A stretch of DNA of 64,000 nucleotides from assembly GCA_965662895.1 (NCBI GenBank), contig CBFIJH010000002.1:64001-128000 (forward strand). The letters are read 5' to 3'. This DNA is from Candidatus Poseidoniaceae archaeon (lineage in GTDB: Archaea > Thermoplasmatota > Poseidoniia > Poseidoniales > Poseidoniaceae). The first letter of the stretch is position 1. The number at the start of each line of letters is the position of its first letter. The notes beneath the pieces are model-generated. The model was not told where the DNA came from and did no database searches. It saw only the letters and a list, made by a program, of their open reading frames with translations. Positions 17,859 through 27,477 of the stretch are shown piece after piece. The position numbers and the translations under genes are program-made.

Positions 17859-19273
17859 ATCTTAAGATTGGCCTGTCGAGCGAGCAGAAGGACTTGCATG
17901 GAATGCTCAAGCATGGCTGCATTCGCCATGGCTTGGTCAAGGTTGGCTCCAACAGCATAGGCTCCATGACCTCGAACAACGACGCAACGCATGCCGCCTT
18001 GTTGCAGAGCTTCTGCGACCTGACGGAGGAATTCGTCTTGAGCATCATCGTCAGGATCGACAATGACGACCTTGCCAATGTGTTCTTTGCCAAGAACGTC
18101 AATTGGTTGGACAAGAATCAGGTCCTTCTCACAACTTGCCGCGGTTGTGTAGGGCCCTTGCATGTGGATGCATGCTGCCGGACCACCAGTAGCGAGTGCT
18201 GCAACAGAAGCAAGGAGAACTTCGTGAACCTTCCATTCACCAATGGCGCCACGAGGAGGATTTCCTCCAAGAGGGCCTCCGACAATGCCTCGTTCGTCGA
18301 GACGAGCAAGCATGGTTGAATGGCGAGTGCTGATCATCAAACCTGGCTCGTCGGGGTGGAGCATTGAAATGGCGCCCATTGTTCCTTTGACCAGCCCTTC
18401 TCGACTGAGTTGTCGCCCCATTCGAGCGAAGTCGGCCACAATATGTGGAGGAACGACAATGTTGTCGAGGACGACAGGTGGCATCGGCGTTTCTTCAATC
18501 TCTTCGATAACTTCGACTGCGCCGACAAGGCTTCCGCGTAGACGTTCAATTTCCGCTGTAAGTCGAGCGATTTCCATTTCTCGATCAGCGTCGACAGGTG
18601 CGTCCTCAGCCGGGTGTTGTTCAAGAACAGATTCCTCAACTGGAGCTTTCTCGGAAGGAAGTTCTTCCTTTGTCGGCTCAATAACCACTGATTCTGACGT
18701 TTCTTCTCCAGTTTCTGCAGAAGACGATGCGGTAGCAAACTCCTCTGGTGCAACTTCTTCGGGAGTTGATTCAGTCTCGGACACTTCTTCCGCAGCTCCA
18801 GGTTCTTCGTTTGCAGGCTCGTCTTGAGCGGGCTCTATTTCTTCTTGAACAGGTTGTGGTGGTGTTTCTACAACCTCCTCAACAACAGGTTCTGCCTCTG
18901 AAATTGGTTCCTTTTCAACTGCTGGCGGATTGGTTGGTGGTTGTTGAGGCGGTCCCTTTGGCGGGCCTGTCCGTAGACCCGATGGAGGCCCTGTTGGACC
19001 GTCACTTGGAGGTCCTTGAGGAGGGCCAGAAGGCCCAGGTGGACCCGGCGGTCCGGATGGCGGAGAGGAGGGTGGGCCTGTTGGAGGCCCTGTCGGACCA
19101 GAAGGTGGAGCCGTAGGTGGATTCATTGGAGGTTCTGAAGGTCCTGTTTGCTCGGAAGGTTTTGGACTTTCAATCTCTTCCATGGCACCAAATGCACCAT
19201 CAAGCATTGAACCCAAAGCGGCTTGTTCTGCTTGTTCTCGGGCTTCTTCTGCAGAGGTTTTCTTTGCCGCCAT
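17855..19273 (-). CDS. Class II aldolase/adducin-head domain protein with long Pro-rich and acidic N-terminal extension
   Basis: C-terminal 'GLVKGTMGAIS', 'GEWKVH', 'CIHMQGPYTTA', 'VVVRGHGAYAVG'; N-terminal approx. 260 aa of GPP repeats, an E-rich linker and a short coiled coil. Confidence 0.8.
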   Translation of the reverse strand: MAAKKTSAEEAREQAEQAALGSMLDGAFGAMEEIESPKPSEQTGPSEPPMNPPTAPPSGPTGPPTGPPSSPPSGPPGPPGPSGPPQGPPSDGPTGPPSGLRTGPPKGPPQQPPTNPPAVEKEPISEAEPVVEEVVETPPQPVQEEIEPAQDEPANEEPGAAEEVSETESTPEEVAPEEFATASSSAETGEETSESVVIEPTKEELPSEKAPVEESVLEQHPAEDAPVDADREMEIARLTAEIERLRGSLVGAVEVIEEIEETPMPPVVLDNIVVPPHIVADFARMGRQLSREGLVKGTMGAISMLHPDEPGLMISTRHSTMLARLDERGIVGGPLGGNPPRGAIGEWKVHEVLLASVAALATGGPAACIHMQGPYTTAASCEKDLILVQPIDVLGKEHIGKVVIVDPDDDAQDEFLRQVAEALQQGGMRCVVVRGHGAYAVGANLDQAMANAAMLEHSMQVLLLARQANLKI

Positions 19274-19339
19274 GGTCGTCCCTGACTACGCCATACCTCG
19301 CGGCTTAAATAGCGGTTCCGTTACGGCAGGATGCATACG

Positions 19340-19411
19340 GCCCGCTTGGTGTAGAGGTTATCATGCAGGATTGTCATTCCTGCGACCCGGGTTCAATTCC
19401 CGGAGCGGGCG
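19340..19411 (+). tRNA. tRNA-Asp (anticodon GTC)
   Basis: GCCCGCTTGGTGTAGAGGTTATCATGCAGGATTGTCATTCCTGCGACCCGGGTTCAATTCCCGGAGCGGGCG; acceptor stem GCCCGCT/AGCGGGC, loop TT-GTC-AT. Confidence 0.96.
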
Positions 19412-19413
19412 CC

Positions 19414-19548
19414 TCATTCTTCACGTTGATGAATTGTGACCGTTCCACAGACTCTGCACCAGACTTTGATGCCATCGATTCGTGGGGTTGCCCCTGCGAT
19501 GTCTATGCTTGCTCCACATTGGCATTGGACAACATTGCGCATGAACAT
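19414..19548 (-). CDS. Small Zn-ribbon microprotein (44 aa)
   Basis: Not in the ORF track: MFMRNVVQCQCGASIDIAGATPRIDGIKVWCRVCGTVTIHQREE with CxCG...CxxCG; fills the gap between tRNA-Asp and the trm5-like gene. Confidence 0.65.
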   Translation of the reverse strand: MFMRNVVQCQCGASIDIAGATPRIDGIKVWCRVCGTVTIHQREE

Positions 19549-19572
19549 TCCAACCCTTTGATGTTCATGAAT

Positions 19573-20664
19573 TCAACGCTTGTTTTGGTTTGACAAAACC
19601 AGTTCGTAACGGAACATGGCTTTTGCAGTCGAGAAACCTTTGATTTCTTCGACTCGAATGTTCGTGATTGTTCGATCACCCGCTTCGATGATGGTTTGCA
19701 ATTGATTCGCAATATCGGCCTGCCGTTCTTGAATCGACCATCCGCAAACCAACGATTCCTCGTCAGATAAGAGGGGGAGTAAATCTGGGAGGTGTTCGAT
19801 GCTCTCGTGTGGTAAATTCACCAATAAAACATCCGCGCAGCCGCCCATTTCTGGTCTGACATCTATGAGTTTACGTGCATCCATACAGTCCACGACATAC
19901 GACCCTTCTTGCTTGCGTTTCGAATGAAAATATTGCATATTCTGTTCCAAAAGAGGTTTTGCATTCGGGTTCATGTCGTTCACGTATGCTTTAGACACGA
20001 GATTTGAATCGGTATACAACAGGGCCATAGAAGGACCGACTCCAGCATATGGATCAACGATAACAAGCGGTCTTCCTTTCGCCTGAGTCATCGAAGCAAC
20101 TGCATCAAAGGTCCGCATTCGTTGGGTTCCTAAACGACCTGAAAAGTATGCGAGAGCGGGGTCGATGTCGAACTCATGGCCATGCTCCCTGTATCGCGTT
20201 TGCGTTGAATCATTCGCTTGTCTTGATTTGATGACGCGTAGATTGCGGACTCGAAACTCGCCTTCAACGCCGGCGTCGTGACATACGACGCGGACGGACG
20301 GGAATTGTTCCAACATAGCCTCAGCAATCGCTTGTTCAATATCGATCATCTCGTCTGGAATCTTAACCAATAAGACATCTCCTTGGACCTCAAAGGCTTG
20401 TGGGAAGTCGTCACCAAATTCGTTCCGAATATCACGCGGAATGTGTTCCCAATAATGCTGCGCCTTTTTTTCCGATGCTTGCAAATCGATGATTGCGTGT
20501 CCTTCCCAAATCGAATCGTTCGCTTCTGGAGCATTCACATTGAGGGGGATGGCCGTATCATCGTTGACTCGTTGCACTCGATGCCCAGTTTCATACCAAC
20601 CCTTCAATTTGCAGAAGTCAATCCAATGCGACGTCTGAGTACTCGGCACCCTCAAATGACGCAT
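19573..20664 (-). CDS. tRNA methyltransferase, Trm5/Tyw2 (Met-10+) family
   Basis: 'FEVQGDVLLVKI', 'GVEGEFRVR', 'AYFSGRL', SAM motif 'VDPYAGVGP', 'NDMNP', 'LVNLP'. Confidence 0.88.
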   Translation of the reverse strand: MRHLRVPSTQTSHWIDFCKLKGWYETGHRVQRVNDDTAIPLNVNAPEANDSIWEGHAIIDLQASEKKAQHYWEHIPRDIRNEFGDDFPQAFEVQGDVLLVKIPDEMIDIEQAIAEAMLEQFPSVRVVCHDAGVEGEFRVRNLRVIKSRQANDSTQTRYREHGHEFDIDPALAYFSGRLGTQRMRTFDAVASMTQAKGRPLVIVDPYAGVGPSMALLYTDSNLVSKAYVNDMNPNAKPLLEQNMQYFHSKRKQEGSYVVDCMDARKLIDVRPEMGGCADVLLVNLPHESIEHLPDLLPLLSDEESLVCGWSIQERQADIANQLQTIIEAGDRTITNIRVEEIKGFSTAKAMFRYELVLSNQNKR

Positions 20665-20701
20665 GGGTCTCGGAGAACCATCGCAAGTATGAGGTTTGAG
20701 G

Positions 20702-21520
20702 ATGGAAAATGACAGCACAACTGGCTTTGCGCTCATTGGAATAGGACCTGGAAAGGTCGAATCCATGACGCTTGAGGCAGTTGAAGTTGCAAAAAGCGCA
20801 GATGTGCGCCTCTATGAAGCCTACACGGCGCTTTGGCCTGAAGATGAACTGGTTAGGTTGGAAGAATTGATTGGTCCGATTAAGCGCATTATGCGACCTG
20901 CCGTTGAACGGCCTGAAGACCTCTTTGAACGAGCAAAATCGCAATCGATTGCCATTCTCGTTGTAGGAGATCCTATGCAAGCAACGACGCACATCGACTT
21001 TCAATTGCGTGCGCAAAAAGCTGGCCTGCCTGTTCGGGTGATTCATGGCATATCTGTGACCACGCTCGTTCCGGGCTCTACAGGCCTCTCGGATTACAAA
21101 TTTGGACGATCAACGACGTTGACTTACCCGTACGGAGAGTGGGTTGTTACATCACCGCTCGAAGTCATGTTACGAAATCAGATGCAGGGTCTCCACACCT
21201 TGGTTTTGTTCGATCTCGATCCTACTGGCGCAGGGACTGGTGATCAACGCCCTATGCAGCCAGTGGATGCTTTCGCAAGCATTGAGAAAATGGCAAAGAA
21301 ACTCAGTGAGTCCGATGTTGATGGTGTGCTGAAAAAACAAGCAATGTCGTTGTTCGAATCCACGTGTGTTCTCTGTTGTGACCTCGGTACAGACGACGCT
21401 TTCATGAAAACGACATCGATGAACAACCTCAACACCGTTTCAGGCGGGAGGTTGAATTGTATGGTCTTCTTAGCCGACACATCGGAGATGGAACAAGAGG
21501 CCATCAACCGCTGGAAGTGA
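20702..21520 (+). CDS. dph5: Diphthine synthase
   Basis: 'LYEAYTA', 'LVVGDPMQATTH', 'GLSDYKFGRSTT', 'GLHTLVLFD'. Confidence 0.95.
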   Translation: MENDSTTGFALIGIGPGKVESMTLEAVEVAKSADVRLYEAYTALWPEDELVRLEELIGPIKRIMRPAVERPEDLFERAKSQSIAILVVGDPMQATTHIDFQLRAQKAGLPVRVIHGISVTTLVPGSTGLSDYKFGRSTTLTYPYGEWVVTSPLEVMLRNQMQGLHTLVLFDLDPTGAGTGDQRPMQPVDAFASIEKMAKKLSESDVDGVLKKQAMSLFESTCVLCCDLGTDDAFMKTTSMNNLNTVSGGRLNCMVFLADTSEMEQEAINRWK

Positions 21521-21524
21521 AACG

Positions 21525-23591
21525 ATGGACATTGGAATTCTTCTCTCGTTCCTGCTGTTTCTTGGCTTTTTCGCCGGTGTTGGACTCGCAAGTATGCGCG
21601 TCAAGCAAGATACGACCGACGACTATCTCGTGGCTGGCCGAGGAATGCATCCTGCACTGGCAGCACTCTCAGCAGTGAGCACATGGAACTCCGGTTACAT
21701 GTTCATTGGTTTCATCGGATTCATCTACCTCATGGGTTATTCTGCAATTTGGATTGGTTTGATTTCCACTGTCGGACAGTTGGTTGCGTGGGCTTGGTTG
21801 TACAAATTTATCCAAAAGGAAGGGAATGAGCGAGGTCTGCGTTCACTTTCCTCACTTGTCTCTGAGAAAGCTGGAGCACCTGAAGCAAAATTGGCTGCAG
21901 TACTCTCTGTCTTTTTCCTAGCGATATATGCAGCTGCTCAACTAACTGCTGGAGGAAAGGCCCTTTTCGTTATGCTCGGGTGGCCCGAACTGGTTGGAAT
22001 CCTCATTGGATTCGTTCTCGTTGTCGCCTATTGTTATGCCGGAGGTATTCGAGCTTCAATCTGGACCGATGCAGCACAATCCTGTGTAATGATCGTCGGT
22101 TCGATTATTCTGTGCTGGGTTGCTCTTGGGGATGTGGGAGGATTCTCAGGCATGCATGGGGAATTAAAATCCCAAAGTGCGACACTCGTTAATTTCCTTC
22201 CGACGGACATCTCTTTGGGGATTTCACTCTACCTTCTTGCATTCTTTTTGGGAGGTTTGGGTGTTGCTGGTCAACCTCAAGTTGTATCTCGAGTGATGAC
22301 GCTCAAATCCGATAAAGACAGAAAGCAGGCCATGATTTGGTTTTTCGTTTGGCAGACCCCGTTCATCGCATTGATGTTCATCGTCGGGCTTGCGAGTCGG
22401 GTATTGTTCACAGATGGAAATTTCGATGCGGAACTCGGTTTACCTGCCCTTGCTATGGACACCCTGCCCGCACTTGGTGTTGGGATGATTCTTGCATCAA
22501 TTTTTGCTGCGACAATGTCGACAGCCGATAGTCAAGTGCTCGCTTGCACTGCTGCGATTACTGATGACATCAAGCCAGAATGGCGAGAGGATCATAAAAC
22601 GACAAAGAAAGTCACACTGTACGTCGCTGCGGCGGCGACTGCAATCTCCATTGGTGGTCTCTATGTCCCTGGAGGGGATTCCGTTTTCGCCCTTGTTGTT
22701 CTTGCTGTATATGGGCTTGGAGGCATATTTGTCCCTCTTCTCATCGTTCGTTGGACTGGGTACAAACCTGATTCTTTCCACTCGATTGTCATGATGATTT
22801 CGGCTTTTTCAGGTGTTATCGTTTGGACAGTACTTGGTCTTGGTGAAGATGTCTTCCCATCCGTTCCTGGAGTCGGTGCGGCTTTCATTGCACACTTCAT
22901 CATGTGCGCAGCGCGTGATGGTTCCGCTTCCAATCCCTTTGGTCGATTTGAGATTTCTCAAGAGCGACGTCGCCAGTTCACGACAGTGGGCGTCATTGCG
23001 CTCTGTTTCGTTGGCGTTGCGGAAGGTGCCTATGCGGTTTACGGGCCCGACTCCACTGACGATTCAGATGCAAACAGAGTTGCCACATATCAGATTGATG
23101 GGAATTTTTCCCTCGTTGAAATCGGCTCTGGTACAGAAATTGTCTCTGAGACTGCACAAGTCTCAGCATCCAGCGATGCCGTTGATGTGAACGGACTAAA
23201 CGTCGTCGGATTCCATATGACGACAAGCCACACAGACAACGAAGAAGCTTGCAACCTCCTCGCAACGACTGAGGATGATGAAGTAGGGTACAGCGGAGGG
23301 ATAGGAGATTCCACTGTAGCGAATTCCGGGATACAACAAACACTCGAATCTGAATATTATTGGATTGATTCAAGTCTTGTTGGGAGCACAACAACCAATT
23401 CAACATCTTCAATCGCTTCCATGCTCAACGGCGGTGATACAGGGTTCGGTTCCTACGAATTCACAATCAGTGCTGTCATCAATAGTGGTGGCTTCTCTCA
23501 AATTTGTCAAAACGACGACTCTGATGAATCCGTTGATTGGATGATTTCCCTCATAACGCTCGATTATACGCTTACAGAAATCAAATCTTGA
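21525..23591 (+). CDS. Sodium:solute (PutP-like proline) symporter with C-terminal extracellular extension
   Basis: 'DYLVAGR', 'ALSAVSTWNSGYMFIG', 'GGIRASIWTD', 'GQPQVVSR', 'AATMSTADSQ'. Confidence 0.92.
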   Translation: MDIGILLSFLLFLGFFAGVGLASMRVKQDTTDDYLVAGRGMHPALAALSAVSTWNSGYMFIGFIGFIYLMGYSAIWIGLISTVGQLVAWAWLYKFIQKEGNERGLRSLSSLVSEKAGAPEAKLAAVLSVFFLAIYAAAQLTAGGKALFVMLGWPELVGILIGFVLVVAYCYAGGIRASIWTDAAQSCVMIVGSIILCWVALGDVGGFSGMHGELKSQSATLVNFLPTDISLGISLYLLAFFLGGLGVAGQPQVVSRVMTLKSDKDRKQAMIWFFVWQTPFIALMFIVGLASRVLFTDGNFDAELGLPALAMDTLPALGVGMILASIFAATMSTADSQVLACTAAITDDIKPEWREDHKTTKKVTLYVAAAATAISIGGLYVPGGDSVFALVVLAVYGLGGIFVPLLIVRWTGYKPDSFHSIVMMISAFSGVIVWTVLGLGEDVFPSVPGVGAAFIAHFIMCAARDGSASNPFGRFEISQERRRQFTTVGVIALCFVGVAEGAYAVYGPDSTDDSDANRVATYQIDGNFSLVEIGSGTEIVSETAQVSASSDAVDVNGLNVVGFHMTTSHTDNEEACNLLATTEDDEVGYSGGIGDSTVANSGIQQTLESEYYWIDSSLVGSTTTNSTSSIASMLNGGDTGFGSYEFTISAVINSGGFSQICQNDDSDESVDWMISLITLDYTLTEIKS

Positions 23592-24420
23592 ATTGTTGGG
23601 CCTCGTATCCAATTGACCAACCTGATGCATTGAGTTGAGTTGATGCATCCGATTGTGAATTGTAAAGTGGATTGGTATGATTCAGATGGATAAAATGAAT
23701 TTCAGGATCATCACTGCGCCGTGGGCCCAATCGGTTGAGCGATTCCTCCACTGTTGGGTGCGGAACAACGCTCATGTCCCTACCTTGGAGTTCTCCCCCA
23801 GACCAAAAGGTTCCATCGAGAAGTGCAACGTCGATTGAGAATTTCTGTAGGAATGTTCTGATCGAGTCGCATCCATAGACTTCGAGTGTTTGATTCCAAG
23901 AATCATGATCTGGTAAGAAAAGCAGCGACTTCTCTTGACCTCTGATGATTGTTGCATGCATATCAGAAAGTTCAGCGCGATGAGGGACTGGAATGAATTC
24001 GATGACAACGTCATCGATTTCAACTCGAGGAAACGTGCTTGGCTCGAACACATTTTGTTGCAGCAATTGGTTCCAAGCTGGCGTTGCTTCGATTAACGCG
24101 TGCATCAAGGGGCTGCAATGAAGTTTGATGTTTCGTGCTGACATCGTTTCACGGCCGAACAATCCGAGTCCATCCACATGGCCAAGATGAGCATGTGTAA
24201 TGAAAAGATGATCGACGCTTGGATTGCCAATCATTCTTAATTGTCGTCCGAGATCTCTCGTCGCCTCAACGAGAAGGGTCTTACCTCCACTTGTTCGGAT
24301 GCCAAGAGCCACAGGGCTTCTGTAATCATCCTCAGTCAATCCATGACAGCAGAGTCTCGTACATCCGGGTTGAGGGCGCCCCCCGTCTTGGGCAATTCCA
24401 AGCAGTGTGATAACCGCCAT
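23581..24420 (-). CDS. PqqB-like metallo-beta-lactamase fold hydrolase
   Basis: 'LLGIAQDGGRPQPGC', 'THAHLGHVDGL', 'LDGTFWS', 'HLNHTNP'. Confidence 0.88.
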   Translation of the reverse strand: MAVITLLGIAQDGGRPQPGCTRLCCHGLTEDDYRSPVALGIRTSGGKTLLVEATRDLGRQLRMIGNPSVDHLFITHAHLGHVDGLGLFGRETMSARNIKLHCSPLMHALIEATPAWNQLLQQNVFEPSTFPRVEIDDVVIEFIPVPHRAELSDMHATIIRGQEKSLLFLPDHDSWNQTLEVYGCDSIRTFLQKFSIDVALLDGTFWSGGELQGRDMSVVPHPTVEESLNRLGPRRSDDPEIHFIHLNHTNPLYNSQSDASTQLNASGWSIGYEAQQFKI

Positions 24421-24506
24421 GATGACAGCACACAGTTCTGCATCATAGACATATTCAGGGGGAAGACCTCAAGCCAGACGCCGGATTGGATTGAAATGAC
24501 GGGCTT

Positions 24507-26261
24507 ATGGCACGACCAGCTCAAGTATCCTTTCCTGGCCAAAAACAACGGATGCGAATGCGTGGAACAAAACATGCAAACGATGCGACTGCAAAGCGGC
24601 TTGGTCGACAATTGCGCCAACTCCTCGAGGATCCTGACGAATATCTTCCAAAAATGACCTGGAAAGGTCGATTAAGTTGGGGTCGTAAAGATCCTGTTAC
24701 CAAGACATTGCAGGACCTTCGGAAAATCGTTGCCAAAAAAGACAATGTGAAATGGCTCTCAAAGCGTATGTTAGCAAAACGTGGCGACCCGGTTGGTAAA
24801 GCACTCGCTGGCTCGTTGCATGCCGCACACGATGAGGAGATTTCGCTGGTTGGAAACTTCAAGTCCCCAAACTTTGGTTCGGGTTCCTTCGTTCGACGCG
24901 GTGATGGTAAGCAAGGATACCTCGCTGGATTGCAAAATCATCAAAACCTAACATTGCGAATGTTGCCTTGGGAAGATCACGCACGAAAAGGGATGTATTT
25001 CTTTTCGTGGGAGAACGGATTCGTCTGTACGGGGCCCAATCCAAACCCTCCAGAGGGATGGTTGGAAGATGTTCTTGAACGCTCTCGTTTTGATTTCACA
25101 CACAACGAGATAAATGGCGTTGATGTCTATGTCTCAGGAGAAATATCCGGGCGAGATGTTCTCAATGGGACGCCCTCAACGCAAGGATGGGTTCGACTCA
25201 CCTTCAAACATGGGCCTGTTGTTGGCATTGATTTGGAATCACTCAAGGCGACGAAAGAGAAGCAAAGCGCATTTGTACACCACCTTGCGCTTTCGATGCT
25301 TCCTCCGTTGCTGACTTCGATTGTCGATATCGACGCTATGTGGGTTCCCACCGGATGGGATTTAGAAGACAACCTTCCACAAGGCGCACAAGAAAATCTC
25401 GAGAAGCTCATGGCCGGTTGGCATGGTTTGACCGTCCCTGAAGGAAATCTCACGCGTGCTTGTCAACGGGCAGTTCTTGATTCTCTTGATTTTGGTTTAC
25501 TCATTAAATCGTCTTGGAGCAGAGGCGAATCGATCGAACAGATTCTTGTTTCATTGGAGGAAATACAGGGATCTCAGGATGAAAAATTGTTGGCTGCGGG
25601 TGTTTTCCTCGAGGCAATGAATCGCTCAAATGGAGGTATTCGGATTGATGCTAGAGGTGGCTGCGAAGAGCGAGATGGAAGCATTGTTGAAGTCATGGAG
25701 GGTGCGAGTCTTACCGATGCAGTCAATGCATTATGGGAAGATTTTGGGCTCGCTGGATTGGAATCGATTGGAGTTGAGGGTGATGAAGCTCAAATCATTT
25801 GGGAGCAGCAATTGAAGAAGCCAAAACCGCTCAAAACATTTCTCAAAGGGTTGGACTCCTCTCGAGAAAAAGCCCAACGAAGAGCAAAATTCCCATACCG
25901 CATTGGTGCTCTACCCGGCGCTGTTGGTGCCATTCACGACCTCATTTTGACTGGTTTACTCGAAGGTCCTGGAATTGCCGAGCGGAAGGCAACATCGCGA
26001 CACGACGATATCGATAATGCAGCGGCTGGTTGGGCCTGGTTAAGAGCTGCAAACCGCTCCACTGGTCAGGAATGGCATTTTGAATCTCTTGCTCGCGACC
26101 GTGGTGGAGCATGGATGGAAGCGACGAAAAATTTGCTTGATGCTGGAAACGAATTGCTTCAATCGGAACAAGGTGATCGTTCTGAATTTATTCATGCGCT
26201 CAATGCGCTTCATACTGCAACTGGTCAGCACGAACCGCTTCCAGATCATTCCAGTGCTTGA
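24507..26261 (+). CDS. Conserved hypothetical protein (584 aa)
   Basis: Long ORF filling the gap, basic N-terminus; no motif recognised. Confidence 0.75.
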   Translation: MARPAQVSFPGQKQRMRMRGTKHANDATAKRLGRQLRQLLEDPDEYLPKMTWKGRLSWGRKDPVTKTLQDLRKIVAKKDNVKWLSKRMLAKRGDPVGKALAGSLHAAHDEEISLVGNFKSPNFGSGSFVRRGDGKQGYLAGLQNHQNLTLRMLPWEDHARKGMYFFSWENGFVCTGPNPNPPEGWLEDVLERSRFDFTHNEINGVDVYVSGEISGRDVLNGTPSTQGWVRLTFKHGPVVGIDLESLKATKEKQSAFVHHLALSMLPPLLTSIVDIDAMWVPTGWDLEDNLPQGAQENLEKLMAGWHGLTVPEGNLTRACQRAVLDSLDFGLLIKSSWSRGESIEQILVSLEEIQGSQDEKLLAAGVFLEAMNRSNGGIRIDARGGCEERDGSIVEVMEGASLTDAVNALWEDFGLAGLESIGVEGDEAQIIWEQQLKKPKPLKTFLKGLDSSREKAQRRAKFPYRIGALPGAVGAIHDLILTGLLEGPGIAERKATSRHDDIDNAAAGWAWLRAANRSTGQEWHFESLARDRGGAWMEATKNLLDAGNELLQSEQGDRSEFIHALNALHTATGQHEPLPDHSSA

Positions 26262-27415
26262 TTGATATCTTCCCAGAGATCTTCGACATCTTCGATTCCG
26301 ACGCTAATTCGAACATAACCTGGTTCAATTCCAGCAGCAATTCGAACTTCGACTGGTATGGCCATGTGGCTCGAAGTGGCTGGAACCTCGATAAGTGACT
26401 CAACGCCGCCGAGGGATGTCGCCTCATAGAAGAGTTTCAGTTTTGACATAAATTTCATTGCGCCCTCGTCCCCACCAGCAACGACAATTCCGAGCATTCC
26501 ACAGCCTTTAGGAACGACGCGTTGAGCAACCTCATAATCGGGATGCGATGGAAGGGTAACATGTTGAACACGGAGGACCTTGGAATGATTTTGAAGACGT
26601 CGTGCAAGTTCTGCTGAGTTTGAGGTTAACAGCGGCATCCTCGCATGCAGCGTACGCATTCCACGCTCCAACAAATAGCAATTGTGGGGGTCTGGAGCAC
26701 CTCCAAAATGCACACGGCCCCGGAAGATTTTCGCTATCAGTTCCTTGGAGCCAACCACGGCACCACCAAGCAAATCCGAATGGCCTCCGAGGAATTTCGT
26801 TGTTGAATGAATTACCAAGTCTGCTCCCATGCTCAATGGTTGACAGGCCCAAGGTGATGCAAATGTATTGTCGACGATCACCAGGAGATTGTGTCGCTTT
26901 CCAACTTCAACCATAGCAGGTATATCGCATACCTTGAGGTTTGGATTTGTAATGGTTTCAATGTAGAGAATTTTTGTGTTGTCCTGTATGGCAGCTTCAT
27001 ACGACGAAGGATCGCGCAAATCGGCCATTGTCGTTTCAATTCCCAACCGAGGTAATTCTTCAGTCATGAGGCCGTATGTTCCACCGTATACATCCGCAGA
27101 TGCAACGATATGGTCGCCCTGATTCAGGAGCATCATCAGCGTGCTCGAGATGGCTGCCATTCCACTTGCGAAGGTTTCTGCATCCTCTCCGCCTTCCATT
27201 GCACAGATTTTTTGAGCAACTGCATCAGAGTTCACTGAGGATATCCGGGAATAGAGAAGGGTATGCTGTGCGCCCGCAGCCCATCCAGCATAACGCTCCT
27301 CAGTCAATTTATAGGTCGAAGAGAGAAAGATTGGAGTGTTCACCGAATCGCCAACATGGTTCGTTCCTGCGTGAACATTTTTTGTCGCCTCGCGATGATT
27401 GTTATTCGTTGACAT
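26246..27415 (-). CDS. PLP-dependent trans-sulfuration enzyme (cystathionine gamma-synthase/lyase, methionine gamma-lyase family)
   Basis: 'FASGMAAI', 'YGGT', 'ETITNP', 'VDNTFASP', PLP Lys in 'HSTTKFLGGHSD', 'TSLGGVESL'. Confidence 0.95.
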   Translation of the reverse strand: MSTNNNHREATKNVHAGTNHVGDSVNTPIFLSSTYKLTEERYAGWAAGAQHTLLYSRISSVNSDAVAQKICAMEGGEDAETFASGMAAISSTLMMLLNQGDHIVASADVYGGTYGLMTEELPRLGIETTMADLRDPSSYEAAIQDNTKILYIETITNPNLKVCDIPAMVEVGKRHNLLVIVDNTFASPWACQPLSMGADLVIHSTTKFLGGHSDLLGGAVVGSKELIAKIFRGRVHFGGAPDPHNCYLLERGMRTLHARMPLLTSNSAELARRLQNHSKVLRVQHVTLPSHPDYEVAQRVVPKGCGMLGIVVAGGDEGAMKFMSKLKLFYEATSLGGVESLIEVPATSSHMAIPVEVRIAAGIEPGYVRISVGIEDVEDLWEDINQALE

Positions 27416-27477
27416 TGACCCGCCCAATACGCACTCAAGGCAGGAGGGACTTGAACGATGTGCTACTTTTGGATGAA

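Noticed and set aside
18920-19140. Short GC-rich repeats resembling an array
   Set aside because: They are codons of the Gly-Pro-Pro low-complexity region; there is no repeat-spacer periodicity, so not CRISPR.
15066-19411. Possible integrated element between the two tRNAs
   Set aside because: No integrase, no duplicated tRNA 3' end, and the contents are housekeeping genes.
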